Assembly: GCA_963674945.2 (NCBI GenBank)
Contig: CAXXWQ010000004.1
Location: forward strand, 480,001 to 544,000
DNA: 64,000 nucleotides
Reading direction: 5' to 3'
DNA from: an uncultured Desulfosarcina sp.
GTDB lineage: Bacteria; Desulfobacterota; Desulfobacteria; Desulfobacterales; Desulfosarcinaceae
Made by a program: the position numbers and the translations under genes. The notes below the pieces were generated by a model, which made no database searches, was not told the DNA's origin, and saw only the letters and a program-made list of their open reading frames with translations. Position 1 is the first letter of the stretch. Each line of letters starts with the position of its first letter. Below are positions 19,895 to 30,077 of the stretch, piece after piece.

Positions 19895-22800
19895 ATGGGT
19901 GACTTTTTCGTCAGACGTCCCATCGTGGCCATGGTGCTGGCCATCTTTATGGTCATCGTTGGCCTGGTGTTTCTCGGCGGGCTGCCCACGGAGCAGTACC
20001 CGGACATCACGCCGCCCATCGTCCAGGTACGGGCGACCTACACCGGCGCCAACGCCATCAGCGTGGAGCAGTCTGTGGCCACCCCCCTGGAGCAGCAGAT
20101 CAACGGCGTCGACAACATGATCTACATGAAGTCCGTCAACGCCAACGACGGTACCATGACCATCCAGGTCTCCTTCGACGTGGGCACCGATCCGGACATG
20201 AACACGGTGTTCACCCAGAACCGGGTGGCGGCGGCAACGGCCAAGCTCCCCGAAGAGGTGAAACGGCTGGGGGTGACCACGGAAAAATCCATGCCCAACA
20301 TCCTCATGCTCATCTCCCTGACGGCCGACGATCCCCGATTCGACCAGGAGTTTCTCGGCAACTACTCGCTGATCAACATCAAGGACATCCTGGCGCGGAT
20401 CAAGGGCATCGGCCGGGTGAACGTCATGGGCGCCAGCGACTACTCCATGCGTATCTGGATCAAACCAGACCGGCTGGCCCACCTGGGCATCAGCGTTCCG
20501 GAGATCGTCGATGCCATCCGTGCCCAGAGCGTCGTCGTTCCGGGTGGTAAGTTCGGTGCCGAACCGGCCCCGCCGGGAACCGAATTCACTTATACCGTGC
20601 GCCTGCCCGACCGCCTGCAAAGCGAAAAGGAATTCGGCGAAATCGTGGTGCGCACGGCGGAAAACGGCAGCCAGGTGAATATCAAGCACATCGCCCGGGT
20701 GGAGCTGGGGGTGGAGACCTACAACGCCTTCACGCGCATGAACGACAAGCCCTGCGCCATGATCGCCCTCTACCAGGCCCCGGGATCCAACGCCGTCGCA
20801 TTGGCCGAAACGGTCAAACAGACCATGGCCGATCTTTCCCGCTCCTTTCCCAAGAGCATGCGCTACGACATCTCACTGGACACCACCCTGGCCATCACCG
20901 CTGGCATCAACGAAATCATCGAGACACTGATCATCGCCCTGGTGCTGGTAATCCTGGTGGTGTTCATCTTCATCCAGGACTGGCGGGCGACGTTGATCCC
21001 CACCATCGCCATCCCGGTCTCCCTGATCGCCACCTTCATCCTCTTTCCCTCCATCGGTTTTACCATCAACGTGCTCTCCCTTTTGGGACTGGTACTGGCC
21101 ATCGGCATCGTCGTGGACGACGCCATCGTGGTGGTGGAAGCGGTGCAGGTCAAGATCGAGGAGGGCATGCCACCCAAGGATGCCACCCGGGCCGCCATGA
21201 AGGAGGTGACCGCCCCGGTCATCGCCACAACCCTGGTGATGGTGGCGATTTTCATCCCGGTGGCCGTCATGGGCGGCATCACCGGCCGGCTCTACCAGCA
21301 GTTCGCCATTACCGTGGCCGTATCCGTGGTCTTCTCCTCCATCAACGCCCTGACCCTGAGCCCGGCCCTGTGCGGCCTGCTGCTGCGCAAGCAAAAACCC
21401 ATGCGCGGCCCCCTGGGCGCCTTTTTTCGGCTGTTCAACAAGGTGTTCGACAAGACCACTGCGGCCTACACCGGTTTCACGAAGGTCGTGACACGAAAGA
21501 TCGCCATCGGCCTCGTCTTCATCATCGCACTGACCGTCTGTATGGGCCTTTTAGGCAAGCTGGTCCCGGGCGGTTTCATGCCCAGCGAGGATATGGGATA
21601 CCTGATGGTCAACATCCAATTGCCCGACGCGTCCTCCCTGCAGCGCTCCGATGTGGTCGCCAAGAAGGTGGAACAGATCATCAAGCGGCATGAGGAGGTG
21701 GAATATGTCACCACCGCCACAGGCTTCAGCCTTCTCTCCAACGCCATGTCCTCCAATGCCGGGTTCGTCTTCGTCTCCCTCAAGGACTGGAGCGAAAGAC
21801 AAAGAACCGCCAACGAGATCGTGGCGGCTTTAAACAGGGAATTTTTCATGGCCGTGAACGAAGCCCAGGTCTTCGCCTTCGGCCCGCCTCCCATTCCCGG
21901 ATTGGGAAGCGGTTCCGGATTCACCATGAATCTTCAGGACCGGGCGGGCAACACCCCCGAGTACCTGGCCCAGCAGACGATCCATTTCATCCAGGCGGCC
22001 CAGAAACGGCCGGAGATCGGCAACATCGTGACCACGTTTCGGGCATCCGTCCCCCAGCGCTTCATGGAGATCAACCGGGACAAGGTGCTCAAGGCCGGCG
22101 TATCCCTGAACGACATCTACACCACGGTGGGCGCCTTCTTAGGCGGCTCCTACGTCAACGACTTCAACCGCTTCGGCCGCCTCTACAAGGCCTACATCCA
22201 GGCCGAACCGGAGTACCGCATCAGCGAAGACCGGATCAATCTGTTCTTCGTGAAAAACAGGGACGGCCAGGCGGTGCCCCTGAGCGCCTTCGTCAAAATC
22301 AAGGAGGTCGCCGGTCCGGATTTCACCAACCGGTTCAACCTCTACCGTTCCATCGAGCTGACCGGTGGACCGGCGCCCGGCCACACCTCCGCCCAGGCCC
22401 TGGCAGCGTTAGAGGAGGTGGCCGAATCCACCCTGCCGACGGACATGGGCTACGCCTGGGCCAACATGTCGTTCCAGGAGAAACAGGCATCCGGCACCGG
22501 CGCCATTGTCTTCGTTTTCTCCCTGCTCTTCGTCTTCCTCATCCTCGCGGCCCAGTACGAGAGCTGGTCCCTTCCCTTCAGTATCTTGCTGGGCACGCCA
22601 TTTGCCATCTTCGGTGCCTTTCTGGCCCTGTTTCTGGCCCGCATGGCCAGCACCAGTTATGAATTGAATGTCTTCGCCCAGATCGCCCTGGTCATGCTCA
22701 TCGGCATGGCCGCCAAGAACGCCATTTTGATCGTCGAGTTCGCCAACATGGAATTTCAAAAGGGCCTGTCCCTTTTCGATGCCGCCGTCAAGGCGGCCAG

Positions 22801-23035
22801 TTTGCGCTTCCGTCCCATTCTCATGACGGCCTTCTCCTTCATCCTGGGCGTGCTGCCCCTGGTGGTGGCCAGCGGCGCCGGCGCCGAGGCACGGGTTGTC
22901 ATGGGCATGGCGCTGCTTGGCGGTATGGCCGTAGCTACGACCCTGGGCGTGTTCTTCTATCCCCTGCTGTTCGTCTTCATCGGCAAAATCGCCGGATACG
23001 AGAAAAAAAGAGAACTTCAACAGGAGAAAGGTTGA
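19895..23035 (+). CDS. RND efflux permease (HAE1/AcrB family)
   Basis: FFVRRPIVA, LAIGIVVDDAIVVVE, AKNAILIVEFA and RFRPILMT; 1046 aa. Confidence 0.96.
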   Translation: MGDFFVRRPIVAMVLAIFMVIVGLVFLGGLPTEQYPDITPPIVQVRATYTGANAISVEQSVATPLEQQINGVDNMIYMKSVNANDGTMTIQVSFDVGTDPDMNTVFTQNRVAAATAKLPEEVKRLGVTTEKSMPNILMLISLTADDPRFDQEFLGNYSLINIKDILARIKGIGRVNVMGASDYSMRIWIKPDRLAHLGISVPEIVDAIRAQSVVVPGGKFGAEPAPPGTEFTYTVRLPDRLQSEKEFGEIVVRTAENGSQVNIKHIARVELGVETYNAFTRMNDKPCAMIALYQAPGSNAVALAETVKQTMADLSRSFPKSMRYDISLDTTLAITAGINEIIETLIIALVLVILVVFIFIQDWRATLIPTIAIPVSLIATFILFPSIGFTINVLSLLGLVLAIGIVVDDAIVVVEAVQVKIEEGMPPKDATRAAMKEVTAPVIATTLVMVAIFIPVAVMGGITGRLYQQFAITVAVSVVFSSINALTLSPALCGLLLRKQKPMRGPLGAFFRLFNKVFDKTTAAYTGFTKVVTRKIAIGLVFIIALTVCMGLLGKLVPGGFMPSEDMGYLMVNIQLPDASSLQRSDVVAKKVEQIIKRHEEVEYVTTATGFSLLSNAMSSNAGFVFVSLKDWSERQRTANEIVAALNREFFMAVNEAQVFAFGPPPIPGLGSGSGFTMNLQDRAGNTPEYLAQQTIHFIQAAQKRPEIGNIVTTFRASVPQRFMEINRDKVLKAGVSLNDIYTTVGAFLGGSYVNDFNRFGRLYKAYIQAEPEYRISEDRINLFFVKNRDGQAVPLSAFVKIKEVAGPDFTNRFNLYRSIELTGGPAPGHTSAQALAALEEVAESTLPTDMGYAWANMSFQEKQASGTGAIVFVFSLLFVFLILAAQYESWSLPFSILLGTPFAIFGAFLALFLARMASTSYELNVFAQIALVMLIGMAAKNAILIVEFANMEFQKGLSLFDAAVKAASLRFRPILMTAFSFILGVLPLVVASGAGAEARVVMGMALLGGMAVATTLGVFFYPLLFVFIGKIAGYEKKRELQQEKG

Positions 23036-23042
23036 GCGTTCC

Positions 23043-24521
23043 ATGCAAACCCACGCCAGGACAATCAAGGCCAGTGTCCTGTTGGCGATGTTTTCGCTGA
23101 CGCTTTTGTCCGCATGTGCGGTCGGCCCCGATTTTACGGAACCCGAAGTGGACTTTCCCGACACCTACCGGACGTCGGTGATGCCGCAAGCACCCGAGGC
23201 GGACCTGAAATGGTGGGAGTTGTTCGACGACCCGCTGCTCTTCGACCTGGTGACCACGGCCCTGGAAAATAACCGGGACGTTCGCATCGCCATCATCCGG
23301 ATGGAGCAGGCCCGGGCTACCGTTGGATTCACGCAAGCCGATCAATACCCCCGCCTGGACGGCGAGGCCGGCGCACGGGCGGGAAATTTCAACGGCGGCT
23401 CGAGAAGCCTGGACACCACCGGAACCATTTACCTTTCCGCCCCATTGACTTGGGAGATTGATTTCTGGGGAAGGTACAGGCGCAGCACCGATGCGGCGCG
23501 GGCCGAACTGATGGCTTCCCAATACGGCGTGAAGAGTGTGCAGCTGGCACTGATCGCCGACGTTGCCTCCCTCTACTACCAGCTCATCGACTTTCACGAT
23601 AGGCGCCTCATCTCCGAAGAGACCCTCGACTCTAGAAGCAAGAGCCTTGCGATCATCCAGCAGCGTTTCGAAAAGGGCATCATCGGCGAACTGGACGTCA
23701 ATCAGGCCCAGATCCAGAAGGAGATTGCCGCCGGCAGTGTTCCCCTGTACGAGCGATCCATCGCAAAGGCCGAAAACGGCCTGGCCCTCCTCTTGGGTCG
23801 TCTGCCGGAAACCGTCCGCATTCGGAAAAATCTGATCGGTAAAAATCCGCCGCAGATCCCCGTGGGACTCCCGTCGGAGATCCTCTCGCGACGCCCGGAC
23901 ATCATCCGGGCCAAGTACCTGCTCAAAGCCCAGACGGAGCGAATCGGCGTGGCCCAGGCCCTTCGCCTTCCGGCCATCACCCTCACCGGCAACCTGGGCA
24001 TTGCCAGCACGGATCTGGGATCGGTGACCACCGATGGCGGCGTGTGGTCCGTGGGCGGCCAGTTGCTCGGCCCCATCATCGACTTCGGGAAAAACAAACA
24101 GCGGGTAGATATCGAGACCCTGAAAACGACAGAAACGCTCCTGCAATATGAAAACACCGTGCTCAATGCCTTTCGTGAAGTGGAGGACGCCCTTGCTGAA
24201 ATCGACACCTATAAAAAGGAACTGGCCGCCATCGACCGCCAGCAAAAGGCTGCGAAAAATGCCAACGAACTTTCCAAGGAGCGCTATGATAAGGGGGTGA
24301 CCAGCTACCTGGAGGTTCTGGATACGGAGCGAACCCTGTTCAATGCCGAACTGAAATTGTCCGAACTGACGCAACTTTATCGAAACGCCCATGTGAACCT
24401 GTACAAGGTCCTGGGCGGCGGCTGGATCACGGCCGAGGAGCACGAACGGAACCAGTACCCGCATTCCCCCGTACACTATATGACCGAACGGGAAGCGAGG
24501 ACGACGGATCGAGTACAATAA
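23043..24521 (+). CDS. RND outer membrane factor lipoprotein (NodT/OprM family)
   Basis: LSACAVGPDF lipobox; WWELFDDP; WEIDFWG; LYKVLGGGW. Confidence 0.94.
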   Translation: MQTHARTIKASVLLAMFSLTLLSACAVGPDFTEPEVDFPDTYRTSVMPQAPEADLKWWELFDDPLLFDLVTTALENNRDVRIAIIRMEQARATVGFTQADQYPRLDGEAGARAGNFNGGSRSLDTTGTIYLSAPLTWEIDFWGRYRRSTDAARAELMASQYGVKSVQLALIADVASLYYQLIDFHDRRLISEETLDSRSKSLAIIQQRFEKGIIGELDVNQAQIQKEIAAGSVPLYERSIAKAENGLALLLGRLPETVRIRKNLIGKNPPQIPVGLPSEILSRRPDIIRAKYLLKAQTERIGVAQALRLPAITLTGNLGIASTDLGSVTTDGGVWSVGGQLLGPIIDFGKNKQRVDIETLKTTETLLQYENTVLNAFREVEDALAEIDTYKKELAAIDRQQKAAKNANELSKERYDKGVTSYLEVLDTERTLFNAELKLSELTQLYRNAHVNLYKVLGGGWITAEEHERNQYPHSPVHYMTEREARTTDRVQ

Positions 24522-24902
24522 CCATTATCCATTTTTGATCAGCATTAAAAGAGGTTGGAATTTGGTAATACGATCCAGGTACACAGAGCTCGACTTTGTG
24601 CTCCCCCTGGAAAAGGATGCGCTGTGACCACGGTAACCGCCACAGGAGTCAGCGCCAACGAACGCTGACCTGGTCCAGAGAACCAGGTTTTCCACACTTC
24701 AATGACATCAAGGGGCGGCCCAGCCCCGGGGCAGCCCATGGGGATGGCGATCATGAACGGTGAAAGTCGCGCATTTCGGGTTGCCCTTGCATTGATGGGG
24801 CTGTTTTTGGTATCGTTGTACGAAACGGCAGAATTACAAAGTGATATTCGTTCGGACGGAATGAGCGACAACTAAAATAGGAAGGGAAAACGGGAGGATC
24901 GC

Positions 24903-25121
24903 ATGATACGCCATCAGAACCAAAAAGAAAAAAGAAGATGCGACCCTTATCTGGATCGGAGATCCGGCGACGACCGGCGAATGTTTTACGCCATCGCCTA
25001 CTTTCTGGATGGCGGGCGTGAAAGAAGAGGCGAGCAAGAGCGTCGCAGCCTCTTTGAACGTCGGGCCGACTGTGTGCGGGTTACACGATGGTCCAGTGTA
25101 TGTGCCGAAAGTCATAGATAG
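24903..25121 (+). CDS. Small Arg-rich protein with repeated (D/E)RR motifs
   Basis: GGGAGG SD before ATG; 72 aa containing KRR, DRRSGDDRR, ERRGEQERR and ERR. Confidence 0.65.
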   Translation: MIRHQNQKEKRRCDPYLDRRSGDDRRMFYAIAYFLDGGRERRGEQERRSLFERRADCVRVTRWSSVCAESHR

Positions 25122-25409
25122 GACATCTTCCCGTCCCCTGCCCTGCCGGTACCGTTTTCCCCCGACACCACCCCTCGCCCTTCGGATCGCCTCTATTACT
25201 GTACGAGGGGCGGACCAGAGAAAGGGCCAGCGCCAACCATTGCCGCAGTCATCGACCATCCACAGAGAGGCTGGTTTGATGAATCCCCCGCAAAGAGGGA
25301 ATAAACACGGAAATCGTCGTCTTCCATCTTGAAATCCGACCAAAACTTCGAAACCCGGCTGTCGAACATCGGACTTCCAATTTCGAGCGTTGTACAATGA
25401 GGGTTTTCC

Positions 25410-27899
25410 ATGGCAAGCAAAAAGAAACGTTTTCCCTTTTACGTCGGCATTTCCACCCTCGTGGTACTCATCGTGGGAATCGTCAGCGTCCTGTTTTTGT
25501 GGATCAGCCACCATGAGAGCAAAATGGCGGCCATCTTTATGGCCGATCGACTCTTTACGGAAATCAACACGAAAACGGTAGAGCGGTATGAAAGCGCCTT
25601 GGAATCGGTGGCCATGCTGGTGAAGTCCATGTCGCGGATGCCGTCCATGCAGATCCGGCCGACGGCATCACAAATCACGCACCCCGCAATGGCGGTACTG
25701 TTCGAAGCCCTCGACACCTATGATTTTCTCTTTTCCGCCTACGTGGGATACGAGGACGGCGGCTTTTTTCAGATCGTGGCGCTGAGAAACAAGACGGAAA
25801 TCATGCGGATATTCGGGGCGCCGCCGGAAGCCGCATATATCGTGCGAACCATATCGGCCGATCCGTCCGGCGGTCTCGTTCAGCACTGGGGGTTTCTGGA
25901 TTCCGGCCAACAAATCATCGGCCGGCGCAACGATCTGGACCCGAATTACGATCCCCGCACCCGCCCCTGGTATATTCGGGCCAGAGGCGAAACCACGGCA
26001 TTTTTCACCCGCCCCTATATTTTCAGTTCGACCCGGCTGCCCGGCATCACCTGTGCCGAAACCCTTTCCGATGGATCCGGCGTCGTTGGCGCCGATATCA
26101 CCTTGGACCGGTTCGCCCTTTCCCTCGCCCGGCAAAAAGTGTCGGCCAACGGCACCCTCTTTCTCTTCGACCACGACGGCCGGATTATCGCCCACCCGGA
26201 AAGAAAAACCACCGTCGCCGAAGCCGGTGCCCCCTTGCAGTTTCCCACGGGAGAATCCTTCGATGATCCGAAGATCCGCTCTGTTGTCTCGCGATACAAA
26301 GATGGAATCGACCGGGCAATGGACCGTACGTTCGAAATGAACATCGGCGGATCCGCTTTTCTGGTACGGTTGACCCCCATCACCGCAGCCCTGAAATTCG
26401 GACAGATTCTGGCGTCCGTCGCCCCGGTTTCCGATTTCACCGATCATATCCGGCGTATGCAGCAGCGCATCTTTTTCTTCTCCGGCCTGGTGCTGGTAAT
26501 CTTCTTGCCCCTTTCGCTTCTGGTATCGCGGAAGATCTCGTCTTCTTTAATTCGACTGGAGATGGAATCTTTGAAAATTCAGCGTTCCGACTTTTCCGAA
26601 TCGTCCCCCTTCGACTCCAACATCCGGGAAATCCATTCGCTTATCAACGCCTTTTTCCTCATGAAGACCAAGATCCGAAAACTTCTCGAACAGCAGCGAA
26701 AACTGTTCGACGACTTCACCAAGTTGATCGCCGGTGCCATCGATGCCAAATCACCGTATACCGGCGGTCACTGCGCCCGTGTACCTGTCGTGGCCCAGAT
26801 GCTGGCCCGGGCGGCGTGCGATGCCAAGAGCGGCCCCTTTGCCGATTTCTCAATAGATTCTCCCGATCAGCGCTGGGAGTTCGAAGTGGCCGCATGGCTG
26901 CATGACTGCGGAAAGGTCACCACTCCTGAGTATATCGTTGACAAGGCGACAAAACTCGAGACGATCTACAACCGGATTCACGAAATCCGAATGCGATTCG
27001 AGGTGTTGTTACGGGATGCCGAAATCGCTTATTACCAACGACGACTGGCCGGTGATGAAGACCTGGGGCAGCTTGATGAAACGCTGAAACGCAAGAAACG
27101 GCAAATCGAATCCGATTATGCCTTTGTCGCCCAATGCAACATCGGCGGCGAGTTCATGGCAGACGAGAAGATCGATCGGCTGAGGAAGATCGGCGCACAA
27201 ACCTGGATTCGCCATCTGGACGATCGTATCGGCATCTCCCAGGACGAAGCGGTGCAAAAAAATCGGCAGCCGGCGCCGCCGTTGCCGGTAATCGAACAGA
27301 TCCTGGCCGACAAAGCCGAGCACATTATCCCCCGATTGCAGCCGGAACCCCTGAAAGACAACCCTTACGGGTTCAATATGACCGTTCCCGACAAGATGTA
27401 CAACCTGGGTGAAATGTATAATCTGAGCATTCGGAAAGGAACCCTCTCACCGGAAGATCGATTCAAGATCAACGAGCATATCATCCAGACCATCATCATG
27501 CTCAACCGGCTGGAATTTCCCGAGTATTTGAAAAACGTGCCCGAATTCGCCGGCGCCCATCACGAAACCATGGACGGCACCGGCTATCCCCGGGGGCTTA
27601 CCAAAGCGGACATGTCCGTTCCCGCCCGCATCATGGCCATCGCGGATATCTTCGAGGCGCTTACCGCGGCGGACAGGCCCTATAAAACACCCAAGACCCT
27701 CTCCGAATCCTTGGAGATCATGCGCCGTTTGCGCGATGACCGGCACATCGATGCCGACCTGTTCGACCTGTTTCTAAGAACCGGAATTTACGGGACCTAT
27801 GCAAAAAAATATCTGGCACCCGCGCAGATCGATTCTGTGAATATCGAAAATTACCTTTCGGCCGGGGCGGGAAGTGATTATATTCGAGGAACTGATTGA
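25410..27899 (+). CDS. Membrane-bound HD-GYP cyclic-dinucleotide phosphodiesterase with a Cache-type sensor
   Basis: TM - YDPRTRPWY (dCache) - TM; AIDAKSPYTGGHC; WLHDCGK; HHETMDGTGYPRG; IADIFEALTAADRPYK. Confidence 0.92.
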   Translation: MASKKKRFPFYVGISTLVVLIVGIVSVLFLWISHHESKMAAIFMADRLFTEINTKTVERYESALESVAMLVKSMSRMPSMQIRPTASQITHPAMAVLFEALDTYDFLFSAYVGYEDGGFFQIVALRNKTEIMRIFGAPPEAAYIVRTISADPSGGLVQHWGFLDSGQQIIGRRNDLDPNYDPRTRPWYIRARGETTAFFTRPYIFSSTRLPGITCAETLSDGSGVVGADITLDRFALSLARQKVSANGTLFLFDHDGRIIAHPERKTTVAEAGAPLQFPTGESFDDPKIRSVVSRYKDGIDRAMDRTFEMNIGGSAFLVRLTPITAALKFGQILASVAPVSDFTDHIRRMQQRIFFFSGLVLVIFLPLSLLVSRKISSSLIRLEMESLKIQRSDFSESSPFDSNIREIHSLINAFFLMKTKIRKLLEQQRKLFDDFTKLIAGAIDAKSPYTGGHCARVPVVAQMLARAACDAKSGPFADFSIDSPDQRWEFEVAAWLHDCGKVTTPEYIVDKATKLETIYNRIHEIRMRFEVLLRDAEIAYYQRRLAGDEDLGQLDETLKRKKRQIESDYAFVAQCNIGGEFMADEKIDRLRKIGAQTWIRHLDDRIGISQDEAVQKNRQPAPPLPVIEQILADKAEHIIPRLQPEPLKDNPYGFNMTVPDKMYNLGEMYNLSIRKGTLSPEDRFKINEHIIQTIIMLNRLEFPEYLKNVPEFAGAHHETMDGTGYPRGLTKADMSVPARIMAIADIFEALTAADRPYKTPKTLSESLEIMRRLRDDRHIDADLFDLFLRTGIYGTYAKKYLAPAQIDSVNIENYLSAGAGSDYIRGTD

Positions 27900-27923
27900 T
27901 CCCGAAATGAGAAAGGACCGTCA

Positions 27924-28550
27924 ATGAAAGTTACAAACGCATCGTCCACGACAATCGTCATATGGAACATTCTCTTTCTCCTATCCATAACGTTCCTGGC
28001 CGCCTGTTCCCAGCGATCCGTGGAAAGCGGCGCCAAGGGCGCCGCCGTGGGTTCGGTGGTCGGTGCCGTCGGAGGACTGGTGACCGGCCTGGTCTTTGGC
28101 GGCAATCCTGCCGAGGCGGCGGCCCGGGGAGCCGTATATGGAGGCAGCACCGGGGCCGCATCGGGTGCCATCTCCGGATCTATGGCGGACAGCCAGGAGA
28201 AAAAAGCCAGGAAGGCCGCCGAAGAAAAGGCCTTGCGCAACAAGCTGGGGGAAGATGCCTATCAGGGTCTGGAGGCCCTTGCGCAGTGCAAACACGAAGT
28301 GGCATTGGGCTACGGGCGAACCGCGGCCCAGTCCGGCAACCATGACTATGCCCTGGCCGGCCTTTGGCTCCAGGCCATTGCCTATGCGGACAGCGGCCAA
28401 CCGGAGAAAGCCCGAACACTCTATTCCGACCTGGTGGCCAGAGACGACAAGATCGCATCGGAAAGCGAGGCGGAAGAAAAAATGCAGACCACGCTTCAAA
28501 AGTTATACGATATCCGAAAGGCCCACAATTTACCCCAGAAATGCGGGTAG
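27924..28550 (+). CDS. Glycine-zipper lipoprotein
   Basis: Lipobox FLAAC followed by GAAVGSVVGAVGG...GAVYGGSTGAASG. Confidence 0.75.
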   Translation: MKVTNASSTTIVIWNILFLLSITFLAACSQRSVESGAKGAAVGSVVGAVGGLVTGLVFGGNPAEAAARGAVYGGSTGAASGAISGSMADSQEKKARKAAEEKALRNKLGEDAYQGLEALAQCKHEVALGYGRTAAQSGNHDYALAGLWLQAIAYADSGQPEKARTLYSDLVARDDKIASESEAEEKMQTTLQKLYDIRKAHNLPQKCG

Positions 28551-28755
28551 ACGCTATCGGTGTGAATCTTCCCGGTCAAGTTTCTGTTGCGTTTCCAAAT
28601 TGAAGTACTCGATCCTTCGATATTCCCAATCCCACCGGAGATGAGTGGATTATGCTGTGAAGTATGTTATTGAGCTGTTCAGGTACAACTTTTATGATTG
28701 GGATCGACTACAACGGATGCAGCAAATAGTATCGGCCTGTGTCTATAATCGGGGA

Positions 28756-29709
28756 TTATGCACTCATTTTAATTTTGGTTTCGTTTTTTTCGAAAAGATC
28801 TGGATACAAGGATTTAACACAATCGGGACAGATCCCGTGGGTAAAGTCGGCCTTCGTTTTCTTCTGGAGGAATGTTTCGATTTGCACCCAATTTTCATTT
28901 TCATCCCTGATTTTTTTACAATTGGAGCAGATGGGGATAAATCCGCTTAACAACTTTTCCAATGCCTCGGAAAGCTGCTTTTGAAGGATACGTTGTTGTT
29001 CGTCGATCCGTTTCCGCTCCGTGATGTCCAAAAGCGATGCCACACTTTGTGATGTCTCGGGAATGATGTCAATGGTGATGTAAACATCGCGGAGTTCTCC
29101 GCTTCGGTTTTGGAATTTAAATTCGTAGTTTTTGGGAGCCCCATTTTCAAGCGTTCGACGCTGCCGATGGTAAGCGCTTAACTTTTCCTTATCCTTAGGT
29201 GCCGCGAAATCGACAAACAATTTTTGATTTTCAACCGCTTCCTTATCGAACCCCGAAAGGATTTCGAATTCCTTGTTGATCAATGAAATGGTCTGGTCTT
29301 TTTCAATAATGACCATGGCCGTACCAGTTGTTTGAAAAATGGTGCGATATTGTTTTTCGGAAGCGCAAAGCTTTGCCTTTGCTTGGGACAATTGTTCGCT
29401 TAAAATGACAGCAATCACGGAAACGAAAAAAAACATGACAACCCGGATTACATCGTCCAGTGTCCATGCATATTTTCCGAAAAGATATTCCCCACCAATT
29501 AAAAGGATAGCGAGGACGGCCGTGATGATCAGGCCTCGATTCTTCCACCAGATGCACGCGATGATGATGGGGACGTAGAAAAAGTGAGTAAACAAGGTCC
29601 CTGTTTCCAGCACGTTTTTAAACAGGAACGTCAGCAAACTGGCAAATACCAGCAAACCGACCATCAGAAGAATTCGTGATCTTGACTCGCTCATTAAAAT
29701 TCGTTTCAT
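28756..29709 (-). CDS. Membrane PAS-domain protein with a C-terminal Cys-rich domain
   Basis: About 4 TM helices, a PAS/PAC domain (YRTIFQTT...DITERKR), and a C-terminal FIPICSNCKKIRD...FTHGICPDC. Confidence 0.8.
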   Translation of the reverse strand: MKRILMSESRSRILLMVGLLVFASLLTFLFKNVLETGTLFTHFFYVPIIIACIWWKNRGLIITAVLAILLIGGEYLFGKYAWTLDDVIRVVMFFFVSVIAVILSEQLSQAKAKLCASEKQYRTIFQTTGTAMVIIEKDQTISLINKEFEILSGFDKEAVENQKLFVDFAAPKDKEKLSAYHRQRRTLENGAPKNYEFKFQNRSGELRDVYITIDIIPETSQSVASLLDITERKRIDEQQRILQKQLSEALEKLLSGFIPICSNCKKIRDENENWVQIETFLQKKTKADFTHGICPDCVKSLYPDLFEKNETKIKMSA

Positions 29710-29772
29710 TGGTAATGATCCATTTTTTTAATCGATTTACATCGTTATTTGTTCTTTCTTGTCTGACCTACT

Positions 29773-29788
29773 CGCATTTCACGTGCCA
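29773..29788 (-). promoter_or_regulatory. Sigma54 (-24/-12) promoter for the PAS gene
   Basis: Minus strand TGGCACGTGAAATGCG fits GG-N10-GC, about 65 nt upstream of the 29709 start. Confidence 0.65.
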
Positions 29789-30077
29789 TGCAGGCAAAAA
29801 GAAACGGATCGCAATCAGATTTCCTTATAAAAAAACGTCCAATACCTGCCTTGTTCGTTTCTTGATTTTTTTCCGAAACAGGATAAATTAAATATTATAA
29901 CAAGTCGTTAAGCTCAAACCACATCTGTGATTCAATGCTTTTTTGTTCCATCGTTTTCTTCTTTGGAATACAACGAAACAGAATGGGGAAAAAATGGCGA
30001 CGTTGTAAAGTTTTGTAATCGATCTTTACAGGGTGTAAAAATCTCTGACCCGTACCGCCGTTCGGCATCGGTTGCCC

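Noticed and set aside
22977..24518. Long antisense ORFs (e.g. 22977-24518, 16331-17626, 11588-12886, 18944-19864, 41038-41931)
   Set aside because: They are shadow frames opposite well-supported GC-rich genes and have no recognisable motifs.
24545..24871. 108-aa minus-strand ORF
   Set aside because: It has no SD, motif or coding-like composition. The region is better explained as structured non-coding DNA.
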